The position numbers and the translations under genes were made by a program. DNA of 64,000 nucleotides. Origin: an uncultured archaeon. Lineage in GTDB: Archaea > Asgardarchaeota > Thorarchaeia > Thorarchaeales > Thorarchaeaceae. Below the pieces are notes generated by a model. The model was not told where the DNA came from. It saw only the letters and a program-made list of their open reading frames with translations, and did not search any database. This document shows, piece by piece, positions 1 to 9,983 of the stretch (the first letter of the stretch is position 1; the number at the start of each line of letters is the position of its first letter). The stretch is from positions 16,318 through 80,317 of the forward strand of contig CAYWJO010000011.1 of assembly GCA_964458565.1 (NCBI GenBank). The letters run 5' to 3'.

Positions 1-1
1 T

Positions 2-373
2 GCAAGAAGTGAACTCACTGAACTGATGTGGGCCAAAGTTCAGATATTTCGAAAGGAAGAAGACATGGCTAGTGCGGTAAAAGAACTGAGAAGAATCGAG
101 AAAGAGGTTGTACCAAATATAAAAGTCGATGTACCAGTCAAGCGTTTCAATCCTGGTTGGCATCAGGCAATGGAGTTTGTTCATATGGTGACCACAGCAA
201 GAATGGTCGCTGAAGCCGCAGTAATTCGAAAGGGCAATAGGGGTGCCCATTATCGAGTAGATGCTGATCCAAACGATAAGGGTTACTATAATATCGTTAT
301 TCGAAAGGGCAACGATGGCGAAATGGAATTGGAAAAGACGGACTTAGTGATTACCAAGATAACTCCACCATAG
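2..373 (+). CDS. tfrA: Fumarate reductase/succinate dehydrogenase-type flavoprotein, C-terminal part (probably thiol:fumarate reductase subunit A); 5'-truncated by the window edge
   Basis: The frame is open from position 2 (ARSELTELMW...). It has the C-terminal motif 'AVIRKGNRGAHYR' and lies directly upstream of an Fe-S/CCG subunit. Confidence 0.75.
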   Translation, partial: ARSELTELMWAKVQIFRKEEDMASAVKELRRIEKEVVPNIKVDVPVKRFNPGWHQAMEFVHMVTTARMVAEAAVIRKGNRGAHYRVDADPNDKGYYNIVIRKGNDGEMELEKTDLVITKITPP

Positions 374-385
374 GAGGCAATCAAC

Positions 386-1957
386 ATGGCGAAAATTATC
401 AAAGCTAAAGTTTACAGGTATAATCCCGATACTGACGATGCACCATATTATCAAAACTTTGATGTCGAATATGAAACCGGAATGACTGTCCTTGACGCTC
501 TCTTAGACATCCAAGACAAATACGATTCAAGCTTGGCCTTTAGATGGGAGTGTAGAGGTGGTCAGTGTGGTTCTTGTGCAGTCAAGGTCAATGGAACAGC
601 CAGAATCGCCTGCAGGACAAAGGTAGAGCCAGATGAGAACCTTCTCATTGAGCCACTTGAGAAGATGCCCATCATCAAAGATCTTGTGACTGATATGGCT
701 CAGACGACCTACCGTATAAGACGAATTCGCCCCTATGTTTCTCGTGACAAATTGCCTGAACAACATCCTGAGATAATTCATGCTGAAGAGATAGAAAAGC
801 TTCGCGAGATACGAAAATGTATCGAGTGCAGCGCGTGCATTTCAAACTGTCCCATCGTTCATGAGACTTGGGATTATCCTGGACCTATGATTATCCGTCA
901 GATTGCACGACTTGAGTTAGACCCACGAGATGTAGAAGATCGTGTTGCAATGGCAATGAACGAGTCTTTGTATAGCTGTACGACCTGTCGGATGTGTACC
1001 GATATATGTCCAAAGAAGATTGACATTCCAGGTCTAGCAGTGGAATTACTACGTGCCAAAGCAGTAGAGGCGGGATATCCACTAGCATCTGGTCAACAAG
1101 GCTTTATTGATTCTGTCAATCAGACAGGACGTTCCGTTCCAGAAAAGGGTATTCCATTGTTGAAGGGCATAGACACTGAAGAGTTTCTTGTCAAAAATCC
1201 GCAAGGACGTGTAGGATTCTTTACTGGTTGCCTTATTGATTATAGAATGCAGAGTACGGGGAAAGCGCTGATTGACGTCTTGAATCGAAATAATGTGGAT
1301 GTCATTGTGCCGAAAGAGCAATGGTGCTGTGCAAGTCCTGCATTCAGGACTGGAGACTTAACCACTGCTTATGCCTCCGCTGAACGAGTGACTGAGATAT
1401 TTGAAGCTGCTATGGAGAAATATGAATTCGATACAGTTATCGTAGCATGTGCAGGTTGCGGTAAGACACTCAGACAGGATCATAGGCCTCTCATCGAGGA
1501 GAAACGTGGTACACCTCCGAAATTCATGGTCTTTGATCTTGCAGAATATCTACTTGATGTAATTGGTGAAGATAATCTTGTAAAACCGAAAGGCGAAATT
1601 AAGATGAAAATCACGTATCACGAACCATGCCATCTCGGAAGAGGCCAAGGGGTTATTGATCAGCCTATTGAGCTTCTGAAGATGATACCAGGTGTGGAGT
1701 ATATCGATGACCCATACAAAAATCGATGTTGCGGTGCTGGGGGTGGAGTTCGTGCTGGTCAGCGTGAGCTCTCTATGAAGATTGCTCTAACCAAACGTGA
1801 GTATATTGAGGCAACAGGTGCTGACATGGTGACAACGGAGTGTCCATTCTGTACAATTCAACTCATTGATATTCTGAAGGAATCGGACAAAGGTATCCAG
1901 ACCCGTTATATTCCTGATCTCCTCGCTGAATCTTACAGACTTGGTGATGAGGAGTAA
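386..1957 (+). CDS. tfrB: Thiol:fumarate reductase subunit B (SdhB/FrdB Fe-S domain fused to an HdrD-like CCG domain)
   Basis: 2Fe-2S motif CRGGQCGSC; 4Fe-4S motifs CIECSACISNCP and CTTCRMCTDICP; two CCG domains (FTGC...CCAS...CAGC and HEPC...CCGAGGG...CPFC). Confidence 0.85.
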   Translation: MAKIIKAKVYRYNPDTDDAPYYQNFDVEYETGMTVLDALLDIQDKYDSSLAFRWECRGGQCGSCAVKVNGTARIACRTKVEPDENLLIEPLEKMPIIKDLVTDMAQTTYRIRRIRPYVSRDKLPEQHPEIIHAEEIEKLREIRKCIECSACISNCPIVHETWDYPGPMIIRQIARLELDPRDVEDRVAMAMNESLYSCTTCRMCTDICPKKIDIPGLAVELLRAKAVEAGYPLASGQQGFIDSVNQTGRSVPEKGIPLLKGIDTEEFLVKNPQGRVGFFTGCLIDYRMQSTGKALIDVLNRNNVDVIVPKEQWCCASPAFRTGDLTTAYASAERVTEIFEAAMEKYEFDTVIVACAGCGKTLRQDHRPLIEEKRGTPPKFMVFDLAEYLLDVIGEDNLVKPKGEIKMKITYHEPCHLGRGQGVIDQPIELLKMIPGVEYIDDPYKNRCCGAGGGVRAGQRELSMKIALTKREYIEATGADMVTTECPFCTIQLIDILKESDKGIQTRYIPDLLAESYRLGDEE

Positions 1958-1964
1958 TATGAAC

Positions 1965-1997
1965 GAGAGGAGATAATCTCCTCTCTTTTCCTATTTT
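1965..1997 (+). terminator. Hairpin plus T-tract between convergent genes
   Basis: Perfect 9-bp inverted repeat GAGAGGAGA-TAA-TCTCCTCTC followed by TTTTCCTATTTTT. Confidence 0.6.
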
Positions 1998-2360
1998 TCA
2001 ATAATCAACCCACTTCTTTCCCCACTCTCGAATATAATCCAATGCAGGTTTCAATTCCAGACCCTTCTCAGTTAATGAATACTCGACACGCGGTGGTATC
2101 TCTGCAAAAGCCTCTCTCTTGACAACGCCAAAATCTACTAGTTCTTTCAGTCTCTCTGTGATTGTCTTCGTACTACCCCTTACCTCTCTTGTAATTATAT
2201 TGAATCTAGCAACTCCAAATTCAATCAGAACTCGAAGAATACCTAATGTGTACCTCTTGCTGAAGAGGGACAGAACTCTTCTGTAAGGACACTGTTCAGT
2301 GCAATACTCTTGAATCCCTTCAAGACAGCGTTTTTTTTCTTTGACTTCTACGTTTTCCAT
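1998..2360 (-). CDS. HxlR-family winged-helix transcriptional regulator
   Basis: Family signature 'ARFN...STKTITERLKELVDFGVVKREAFAEIPPRVEYSLTEKG'. Confidence 0.9.
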   Translation of the reverse strand: MENVEVKEKKRCLEGIQEYCTEQCPYRRVLSLFSKRYTLGILRVLIEFGVARFNIITREVRGSTKTITERLKELVDFGVVKREAFAEIPPRVEYSLTEKGLELKPALDYIREWGKKWVDY

Positions 2361-2458
2361 AGCTCCACCACCATTGCTTTACTTCTGTAAAGCAACTTTA
2401 TTGCTTTCCTCTTTCCCATTTAAATACTTTAGAAATTACACTATTTATAGTGATATAA

Positions 2459-2995
2459 ATGAGTACCGTTCACAGACATCAATCAAATATCAGCTATAAG
2501 ATAATGGCCGCCTATCTGAGATTTCGAGAGCGTTCCAGAAGACCTACAGCCCTTTTACAACGACTTGGGGTTGATAGGGGTCATTCAGTACTTGATTTTG
2601 GATGTGGTATTGGAAGTTATTCAATTCCTGCAGCTCATATTGTTGGCCCTGAAGGCCATGTCTATGCACTAGATATTCATCCGGTTGCTATTGCACAAGT
2701 CAGGAAACGAGTTAAGAATGAAAACCTCAAGAATGTGTCAACTATCCAATCTGGACTTGAAACAGGTTTGGATAGTTTGAGCTTGGACTTCGTTTTTCTC
2801 TTTGATGTCTTCACTTGGATAAGCAACAAAGAAGAACTCATAAGTGAACTCTATAGAGTTTTGAAGAAGTCTGGTGTATTTGCTGTAATAATCGATCATA
2901 TTGAACCATCTGAGTTCACGAAGGTTATTGAAAGGACAGACCTATTCACCATTGACAGTCAGGAGGAAAATCTCTTTATCTTAAGCAAGGCGTGA
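2459..2995 (+). CDS. Class I SAM-dependent methyltransferase
   Basis: Motif I VLDFGCGIG, then YALDI and RVLKKSG. Confidence 0.9.
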   Translation: MSTVHRHQSNISYKIMAAYLRFRERSRRPTALLQRLGVDRGHSVLDFGCGIGSYSIPAAHIVGPEGHVYALDIHPVAIAQVRKRVKNENLKNVSTIQSGLETGLDSLSLDFVFLFDVFTWISNKEELISELYRVLKKSGVFAVIIDHIEPSEFTKVIERTDLFTIDSQEENLFILSKA

Positions 2996-3002
2996 TTTCT
3001 AA

Positions 3003-4271
3003 TCATTTACCCTTAAGGTATTGTCTGAGCATTCTATGGACCTGAAGAGCAGCAAGGGGTTTTGATATAAGTTTCATATCAGCTAACGACCACATTCCCT
3101 GGGTGAAGATTACAACATGTGATTCTCGTTCATCACCATTTATTGCACACATTGCATATTGAGAAGCTCGAATCAAATCCCACTCATCGTTTGTTGTCTC
3201 TTGAATAGCTCTCTCAAATGTATGAGATTTTAAATCAACCATCTTGTCCCAATAACCGTTGGTGGTTTCAGACAACCAATCTCTAACTCTTTCTGTATGA
3301 GGTAGGTCAATTTGAGTCGGTTGTATATCCCAATCAGTTCCATTTCGTTCCACAATGAGGGATTCCATCTTGAGATTGTCTTCAGAAAGCATTTCTGAAC
3401 CAATATTTCGTTCAAGACGTTTCAGAAGCCATATAGTGGTATCCGAACCGATAAGCCCGGTACGAGTTGCCTCAGCGATTCTGTGAGCAAATATTCCATT
3501 GTGTCCAAGAATACCGTATTTCACTGCTGCAGTTGCGAAAAGATTACTATATGCTGTAAGATTTGTAGGTTTAGTTAGGTGTCTAAAGTCTATCTCAGCA
3601 GGAAGCCCATCTGGTTTATTTGCAGGCGTCTTTCTTGCAAGATACTCTGTCAGGTGCCAAAGTACTGCTCTATGCGGGAAGCTGAATTTTAGTGAAGGTA
3701 ATTCAGCAATTAATGACATTGGCATTATGAATGCGTGTCCTAAATTATCTGCATCTTCTGCAGCAAGAGTGATTGTTCTTCGAATGAATCTGATGGGATC
3801 CTCCTCGTTTGCAAGGGTTGTTGCATCTTGAAGGGCCGCCATGTGACTATGTTCTCTTATTGACTGTGTATAGGCATGGGTGACATTGTACAGTGAATCC
3901 GTTTTAGGCTCGTAGTCATAACGTGGACCTTTATCTGATTTCCAATGGTCTATAGCAGCAAGATGCATTGTTAACCGTTGCATCAGAACTAATTGTAGAT
4001 GCTCTCTGAATTCATCTGGTAGATTTCTTTTGATGTCTTCTGAATCATCAGTTAATAATTTGGGATTTGGACCTAGATCTTCAATCATGCGATGTATTGC
4101 ATATGTGATTATTGTAGAATGTGCTGTATCGAATTCATGTTCTTCATGCCATGCTGCGGCGTGCATCATGATAGCCCATAACGCAGCTGGTTGTCCTGAG
4201 GTTACTGTCTTTCGAAGTTGTGTGAAAGCATCTTTGATATCTCCTTTAACGCATGCCTGAAACAGATTCAT
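3003..4271 (-). CDS. Hypothetical all-helical protein with four H-x-x-I repeats
   Basis: 422-aa ORF containing HSTII, GHAFI, GHNGIF and SHVVIF. Confidence 0.7.
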   Translation of the reverse strand: MNLFQACVKGDIKDAFTQLRKTVTSGQPAALWAIMMHAAAWHEEHEFDTAHSTIITYAIHRMIEDLGPNPKLLTDDSEDIKRNLPDEFREHLQLVLMQRLTMHLAAIDHWKSDKGPRYDYEPKTDSLYNVTHAYTQSIREHSHMAALQDATTLANEEDPIRFIRRTITLAAEDADNLGHAFIMPMSLIAELPSLKFSFPHRAVLWHLTEYLARKTPANKPDGLPAEIDFRHLTKPTNLTAYSNLFATAAVKYGILGHNGIFAHRIAEATRTGLIGSDTTIWLLKRLERNIGSEMLSEDNLKMESLIVERNGTDWDIQPTQIDLPHTERVRDWLSETTNGYWDKMVDLKSHTFERAIQETTNDEWDLIRASQYAMCAINGDERESHVVIFTQGMWSLADMKLISKPLAALQVHRMLRQYLKGK

Positions 4272-4369
4272 TATACCTCAACGAGGGTGAAGGTATCGAT
4301 TAGTGCATTTATCTGTTGGGCAATGAATATACAGGATGGCATGATGAAATTAATCCACTTTTTTCTGAA

Positions 4370-5023
4370 CTAAACATCTTCTTCATATATTGCACCTGAC
4401 TTGAGTTCATTCATGAACCGTTCCCGATTTTCTTCAGGCACTGAATTGAATGCACAACCAAAATTGGGACAAGCTGAGCAACACCATTGACGTAGCGTCA
4501 TAACAAATGATCCTACTACAAGCAATTGAACAATGACCCAATCTAGTCTATTCCAAAAATATACTATGGGAAATAAATACGAGAACGCAACCCATGCAAT
4601 AAACACCAGTCTTCCTGCAGTACTTACAGGTGATGGGTCATATTTGAATAGTTTCGGACTCCCCCAGTTTGCTAGACAATAGAACCTACCTTCTTTTCCA
4701 TACTCTTTTCCGGAGTATTCATAGCATGGGCAATGTCTACATAGAACATACCACTCAATCCCTCCTGCAAAGAAAATCATTGATATGACAAAATAAACAG
4801 GAATCATTAGGGTAGATTCTGATAATACAAGTGATCCTAGTCCTAATGCATTCCCTAAATCATATGTAAACCCAAAATAGATTATGTCTGATTGTAGCAT
4901 TCCCAAGATAGCTATTAACATTGGTATCCAACCCATAACCGCAAACCATCGAGCTTCGCTCCCGCTATATCGTGCGACAATTCCGCAGTATACCTTTTGT
5001 CGCTTATCATCATTGGTAGTCAT
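4370..5023 (-). CDS. Cys-rich multi-pass membrane protein of unknown function
   Basis: Several hydrophobic helices; CRHCPCY...CLANWG and CCSACPNFGC motifs. ATG at 5023 is the likely start. Confidence 0.7.
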   Translation of the reverse strand: MTTNDDKRQKVYCGIVARYSGSEARWFAVMGWIPMLIAILGMLQSDIIYFGFTYDLGNALGLGSLVLSESTLMIPVYFVISMIFFAGGIEWYVLCRHCPCYEYSGKEYGKEGRFYCLANWGSPKLFKYDPSPVSTAGRLVFIAWVAFSYLFPIVYFWNRLDWVIVQLLVVGSFVMTLRQWCCSACPNFGCAFNSVPEENRERFMNELKSGAIYEEDV

Positions 5024-5146
5024 TTCAGTATCTCCTTGAAAATTCTCTACAATTTCTGGACGTATGATTTGAATATAAGAAGTTGCGAGCTTCACACTGT
5101 ATCATACGAAAAAAGAAGTGTTTCTCAATAAAGAACAGGTTCGTCT

Positions 5147-5659
5147 TCATGAAACAATGAACGACTCGCGACACATTGGGCAGGTGATTGTTTCTCCTTT
5201 GACTGCTATTCGATCTAAATCTTTTCTACAAAATGGACAAGCTGCAATGGTTTTGGGCTGAGGACCTGTTCCTGTGCCAAGTATGAAGTCTCCAGCATCA
5301 CGGTCAATACGTCCCGATAATTCGCGCCCATCAAGAAGGTCACTGAGAATTCTAGCCACGTTAGCAGCATTGACACCAGATTCTTGAGCTATCTTCTCAA
5401 TAGAAATTCGCCGCATTTTCTGGACTGCGTGTTTAACTGCGGTTACTGGATTGGTCGCTAACCCTTTCTCTGGTGGTGATTGTAGAAAAGCACGTGCTTC
5501 GATAAGACCCGAAGTTCCCGTTCCAATTATTTCCAACTTACTCTTTAGGTCTGCGAGATTTCTTTGATATTCCTCTTCTGAAACAAGACCCCTCATATAG
5601 TCAAGATCCAGGTCTTTTATGGCTGCTTCAATCTTATCGGCATCTTGATGGTCACTCAT
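5147..5659 (-). CDS. SHOCT-like helix + PCI-like winged helix + zinc-ribbon protein
   Basis: N-terminal 'GLVSEEEYQ'; 'RISIEKIAQESGVNAANVARILSDLLDGRELSGRIDRDAG' resembles the PCI winged helix; C-terminal CPFC...CPMC. Confidence 0.6.
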   Translation of the reverse strand: MSDHQDADKIEAAIKDLDLDYMRGLVSEEEYQRNLADLKSKLEIIGTGTSGLIEARAFLQSPPEKGLATNPVTAVKHAVQKMRRISIEKIAQESGVNAANVARILSDLLDGRELSGRIDRDAGDFILGTGTGPQPKTIAACPFCRKDLDRIAVKGETITCPMCRESFIVS

Positions 5660-5901
5660 AGTCAAACAAGCCTCAATTATTCACATTCGTTTATCAGACA
5701 CTTCCATATAAGAAGTCTGAGTTATGCAATTCACCTATACTCTTCCATAGTACTCCTCAATCACAGACTAATTTCGAATATTATTCGTTATTAATGATTT
5801 AAAGAATCAATAACGCTTTTCTACTGATTATCGACATTATCAGACACGTTAGAATCGCTTTAGCATTTATTCCTTTAAGACTCATTATATACTAACCCTG
5901 A

Positions 5902-7104
5902 ATGGATTGGGATAGGTGTTACAATTTGAAGAACAGAACGAAGCTGTTGCTTACTACGATATTAGCATTGTTCCTGCTAGCGCCACTCATGGTTCAGGTC
6001 GATGCTTTGCAGATGGGTCCTGGTAATCCCCAAGGCCCTCCGACAGATCCGGGAAAGATACCCGATCATGAAATTGGTCCAAATGGAACAGTATGGATAA
6101 AAACAGACATTATCACAATAATGGCAAATGGTGAGTTTCCATCATTCCACTTTTGGTATACAGCTGACGATAATGGTGCTAACGCTAAATTCATGCTTTC
6201 CTACAATGCAATTGTAGAATTTGAGGACGCCAATGGTGATTTAGCATTCCAGAGCAATGAAACATTGAATTTTGCTCCTTTAGCTGCGTATGAATGGATT
6301 CTCCAAACTGGAGAAATAACTGATGGTGAAATTACCACAGAGGTGTGGCTAAAATACACTAAGAGCGGCACCCGAGCTGATGGACCACTGGCTGGTGTCG
6401 AACCTGCTATGGACGGTCCTGGTTCAGTCCATGAATATGAAGATGTTAGCATCCAAATATGGGCTCATATCTATCTTGAGGACTATTATGGAGCTGTCAC
6501 TGATAGTAATGGAGTGAAAGCTAACTACACAATTGCAGGTGGAAGTGAGCTGAAGATGGACATAATGATTGGTAACTTCCCATTCAGCACAGAAACATCA
6601 AGCGTAGCTCTTCAGACCCTTCTAAAAGAAAATGGAGCTGCTGGTGATATGAACCAAAATCAACACAGATACATGACTCGTGAGAGAACTCGAAACATGA
6701 CGGGTGATTCATCTAACGTGAGTCCAAATATGACCCAAAGTGAATCGATGTTTATGAACCGAGTTGAGAATCACACCCAGAAAGTTGATTTTACCAACAC
6801 AGAAACAGGTACTGTTGAAGGTTTCTTCAGTTGGGTCGACAAAGCCATTATTACCTTGCCTGGTGAAGAGAGTGAGGTAGTAGATGTCACAGTCTCCTAT
6901 GTTCCTACAATGAATGGATTGGCACTCTATCTAGCTTATCCCAACTTCGATAATGGGACACTATTGCACGACCCATCAATCGGTCTAATTGAAGATTCGG
7001 CGCCACTAACCACCACCGATTTCCTCCCTAGTCTGTATTTGATTGCTGGCATAGGTGCTGTAGCAATCGCAATTGTGGGTATTGCTTTTATTCGCAGAAA
7101 GTAA
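5902..7104 (+). CDS. Secreted protein with a C-terminal membrane anchor
   Basis: Signal peptide, acidic beta-rich body, C-terminal TM helix followed by RRK. Confidence 0.75.
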   Translation: MDWDRCYNLKNRTKLLLTTILALFLLAPLMVQVDALQMGPGNPQGPPTDPGKIPDHEIGPNGTVWIKTDIITIMANGEFPSFHFWYTADDNGANAKFMLSYNAIVEFEDANGDLAFQSNETLNFAPLAAYEWILQTGEITDGEITTEVWLKYTKSGTRADGPLAGVEPAMDGPGSVHEYEDVSIQIWAHIYLEDYYGAVTDSNGVKANYTIAGGSELKMDIMIGNFPFSTETSSVALQTLLKENGAAGDMNQNQHRYMTRERTRNMTGDSSNVSPNMTQSESMFMNRVENHTQKVDFTNTETGTVEGFFSWVDKAIITLPGEESEVVDVTVSYVPTMNGLALYLAYPNFDNGTLLHDPSIGLIEDSAPLTTTDFLPSLYLIAGIGAVAIAIVGIAFIRRK

Positions 7105-7112
7105 TATCCCTC

Positions 7113-7151
7113 GGTAGTGGGTCCCACTCTAGGGTCACTACCACTCTTTTT
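7113..7151 (+). terminator. Hairpin plus T-tract
   Basis: GGTAGTG...CACTACC stem followed by CTCTTTTT just after the stop codon. Confidence 0.4.
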
Positions 7152-7197
7152 ATTTCATTAACATCTACGTTCATATGGCTGTGAAACACACGAATCA

Positions 7198-8202
7198 TTG
7201 GAAGTGAATCAACTGATAAAGACGAGATATCTTGTATTAATACTGGTAGGCATAATTGTATCAATTCATATATCACCTACAACTGTGTCAGCACAGACAA
7301 GTACCAACCTTACACTTGAATCGGTTGATATTGAACTTATTATGGACACCAATGGTACAACACACCTACTATTAGAATCACAAGTTCATAATACAGGCTC
7401 AATAGCTGTTTCTGAGATGAGCTATCATATCGATTCATTGGATGCAAACTTGGTCTGTGCTTCCGTGGATCAACAAGAAGTCATAGGGTCAGTTTCAGTT
7501 GAAAATCGTTACACTGTTTTGACAATACCATTTCCTGAAAACCTCAATATCAATGAGTCAGTAAAGGTATGTTTTGAAATTGAGGTAAATGATCTTCAGT
7601 CAAACATCCGGCTTACAGAGGATAGTGCCTATTACAATGGCGACATTCTATATTATATTCGTCCAATTAATGAAATGCACAATATCACACTCTCAATTGT
7701 ACTACCTCAACATACATCACTCTCAATAGAATCGGTTGTACCCATCTATCCCGAACCAAACTATAATTCTACAGATGGATTCTCTCTACGCTTCACATGG
7801 GAAACTCCCATCCTACGCCCGGGACAGGAGAAGGTCTTCATCGTATCTTTCCGTTTTCCCAACGTTGCTCCAGTTCAACCTGTTGTTGTTTCTACACTTC
7901 AGTTACTTAGTGTCATAATTGGTATTGTAATTGGGATTGTTTCTACCTTAGTCGGACCAAGAGTCTATGAACGGCTTAAACGAGTTGGAGATGTACGAAT
8001 AGTCGGCGTAACAAATGAGGAAGAAGAGGTATTGGACATCATACGAGACAAAGGGGGCTCGTGTCCACAGAAGGAGCTCTATACTGAGATGAATTTATCT
8101 CAATCTAAGGTCAGCATCATTCTCACAAACCTTGAAGAGCGAGGTCTCATCAAAAGGTTCCGAGATGGGCGAGAAAATAGGGTGCATTTGCTAGAAGAAT
8201 GA
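7198..8202 (+). CDS. Membrane-anchored transcriptional regulator (extracellular domain, TM helix, C-terminal winged helix)
   Basis: Signal peptide, TM helix, then 'EEEVLDIIRDKGGSCPQKEL...SQSKVSIILTNLEERGLIKRFRDGRENRV'. Confidence 0.8.
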   Translation: MEVNQLIKTRYLVLILVGIIVSIHISPTTVSAQTSTNLTLESVDIELIMDTNGTTHLLLESQVHNTGSIAVSEMSYHIDSLDANLVCASVDQQEVIGSVSVENRYTVLTIPFPENLNINESVKVCFEIEVNDLQSNIRLTEDSAYYNGDILYYIRPINEMHNITLSIVLPQHTSLSIESVVPIYPEPNYNSTDGFSLRFTWETPILRPGQEKVFIVSFRFPNVAPVQPVVVSTLQLLSVIIGIVIGIVSTLVGPRVYERLKRVGDVRIVGVTNEEEEVLDIIRDKGGSCPQKELYTEMNLSQSKVSIILTNLEERGLIKRFRDGRENRVHLLEE

Positions 8203-8205
8203 GAT

Positions 8206-8925
8206 TCACCGTCTCTCTAGTCTCTTACCCTCGGGGAGGTCGTCAAGGAGTAGACCTTTTTCCTCAGCAGCTGTTACTGCCTTTTTCGCTTTAGTGCCGC
8301 CTATGTTTTCTAGAGCTCCAGCCGCAGTCTGTCTTACAAAGACTGACTCATCGTCCAACACTTCGATAAGAGGGTCGATTGCTTTCTTATCCTTACGCTC
8401 TCCGAGTTGCGCTGCAGCGTGTATACGGACCATGTACCTACCATGCTTTAGACATTTCACGAGGTAACCCGTTGCTCTTGGGTCCTCTAAGTCCCCTAAC
8501 GTATCAATTACCCCTAGCAGAACCTGTTCATCATCACTCTGTAGTTCCTTTGCTAGTTCATCTAGCTCAGGTGATGCTTTTTTGGTAGCTCTTTTCTTTG
8601 CAGTCGCTTTTCCTTGCTTTGCTATTTTCTTTTTCTTCGCAGTCCTTTCCGATGGGCCTTTCTCAGCCAGTTTCTTAGCTTCTTCGATTATTCGATTTGC
8701 CATAACCTCTCCAATGCCATCTACTTTTTTCATAAGTTTACTAGAATCTGTTTTAGTAAGACTTGCGACAGTTTTGAAACCGCCCTCCCGAAGGCTATCT
8801 GCTGTCTTATCACCAACACCTGGAATATCTGTTAGCGAAACCTTCTTTGGAGTTGACTTTTCGGAGGTACCTTTTGTACTCTTTTTGGTGTCTTTTTTTG
8901 CGGTTTTTTGGGGCTTGCTTGACAA
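8206..8925 (-). CDS. Helix-hairpin-helix + HEAT-repeat protein
   Basis: HhH motifs IPGVGDKTA and VDGIGEVMA; Lys-rich linkers; HEAT-like repeats (VRIHAAAQLGE, VRQTAAGALENIG). Confidence 0.8.
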   Translation of the reverse strand: MSSKPQKTAKKDTKKSTKGTSEKSTPKKVSLTDIPGVGDKTADSLREGGFKTVASLTKTDSSKLMKKVDGIGEVMANRIIEEAKKLAEKGPSERTAKKKKIAKQGKATAKKRATKKASPELDELAKELQSDDEQVLLGVIDTLGDLEDPRATGYLVKCLKHGRYMVRIHAAAQLGERKDKKAIDPLIEVLDDESVFVRQTAAGALENIGGTKAKKAVTAAEEKGLLLDDLPEGKRLERR

Positions 8926-9048
8926 CGGTTGGCCTCCCCTGATAATAATATCTTATAATTTTGAAAACCAATCTAATCATATAAACAGTACTCCACATCA
9001 CAAACGCCTTAACTTCAACATGAAATGCTGATGATAGGTGGCTTTGCG

Positions 9049-9438
9049 ATGCACGAATTCTCAGCAGCTTGTTCTATTGTAGATGCAGCAGTAGCAGCAG
9101 CTGTGAAACATCATGCTAAGCGGGTTACAGCTGTCTTTATTGAGATTGGACAATTTACCTTTCTTATTCCGGAGCAACTGGAATTTAATTTCGAAATCGC
9201 ATCTAGAAAAACTGTTATTGAGGGGGCAAAGCTGGTAATTACCATAAAAAAGGGGCGGGTAATGTGTAATGATTGTGGAACTGAAGGTGAGGCCCAATCT
9301 ATACCTGATATCCCTGATCAGATAGCAATGTTTGCACCAATGAAATGTCCGAATTGTGGAAGCAGTGCAACTGTAATCACTGGTGGAAAAGAATTCATAA
9401 TCTCGAATATCGAAGCTGAAATTTCAGACGGTTCCTGA
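9049..9438 (+). CDS. hypA: Hydrogenase nickel metallochaperone HypA
   Basis: Starts MHEFS; CNDC and CPNC motifs; ends GGKEFIISNIE. Confidence 0.92.
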   Translation: MHEFSAACSIVDAAVAAAVKHHAKRVTAVFIEIGQFTFLIPEQLEFNFEIASRKTVIEGAKLVITIKKGRVMCNDCGTEGEAQSIPDIPDQIAMFAPMKCPNCGSSATVITGGKEFIISNIEAEISDGS

Positions 9439-9457
9439 TGGAATCCGCACGTAAGAT

Positions 9458-9835
9458 TTAGATTAGAACTGCGTTAAGTACTCCGTCCTGACCAGGTCTA
9501 TTTGTGACAAGAGCACGCCCTTTGGATGTTTTTATGATTGTACCCTTAGTAATGACCTTACGACGCTGGTAGTCCATGTTTGCTTTGTTTTCCTCAACAT
9601 CTAATAATTCGGCGCGTGTGGTTTCATTACTCTTAGGATCTGTTAAATTGACCATATTCAGTTTCAAGGCTGGAGTCTTGGTGTGCAATCCTTTAGTAGA
9701 GAGTAATCTTCTCTTGGGTTCTCCCATAAGTGTTTCAGTTGGAGTACGTCCCATCTCATGCTTCCTTTTGCTTCGGAATTCCCTAAGCTTAGCACCTGTT
9801 GGTTTTCTTCCAGACCTTCTATGCCAAATTCCCAT
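9458..9835 (-). CDS. rps8e: 30S ribosomal protein S8e (eS8)
   Basis: RKPTGAK...KRKHEMGR and NRPGQDGVLNAVL. Confidence 0.96.
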   Translation of the reverse strand: MGIWHRRSGRKPTGAKLREFRSKRKHEMGRTPTETLMGEPKRRLLSTKGLHTKTPALKLNMVNLTDPKSNETTRAELLDVEENKANMDYQRRKVITKGTIIKTSKGRALVTNRPGQDGVLNAVLI

Positions 9836-9983
9836 TTCTGACTACCTCTTGTAGGGTCAATGAGGCTCCTCTTGTTGTCGTTTTAAGGATTATGCAATGG
9901 TTCTGGTCACTCATAGTGAAATCGACCTGTTCAAATACCACTTATATCTCATTAGAAAACAAGATCTATCTTGAGGTTATGTC

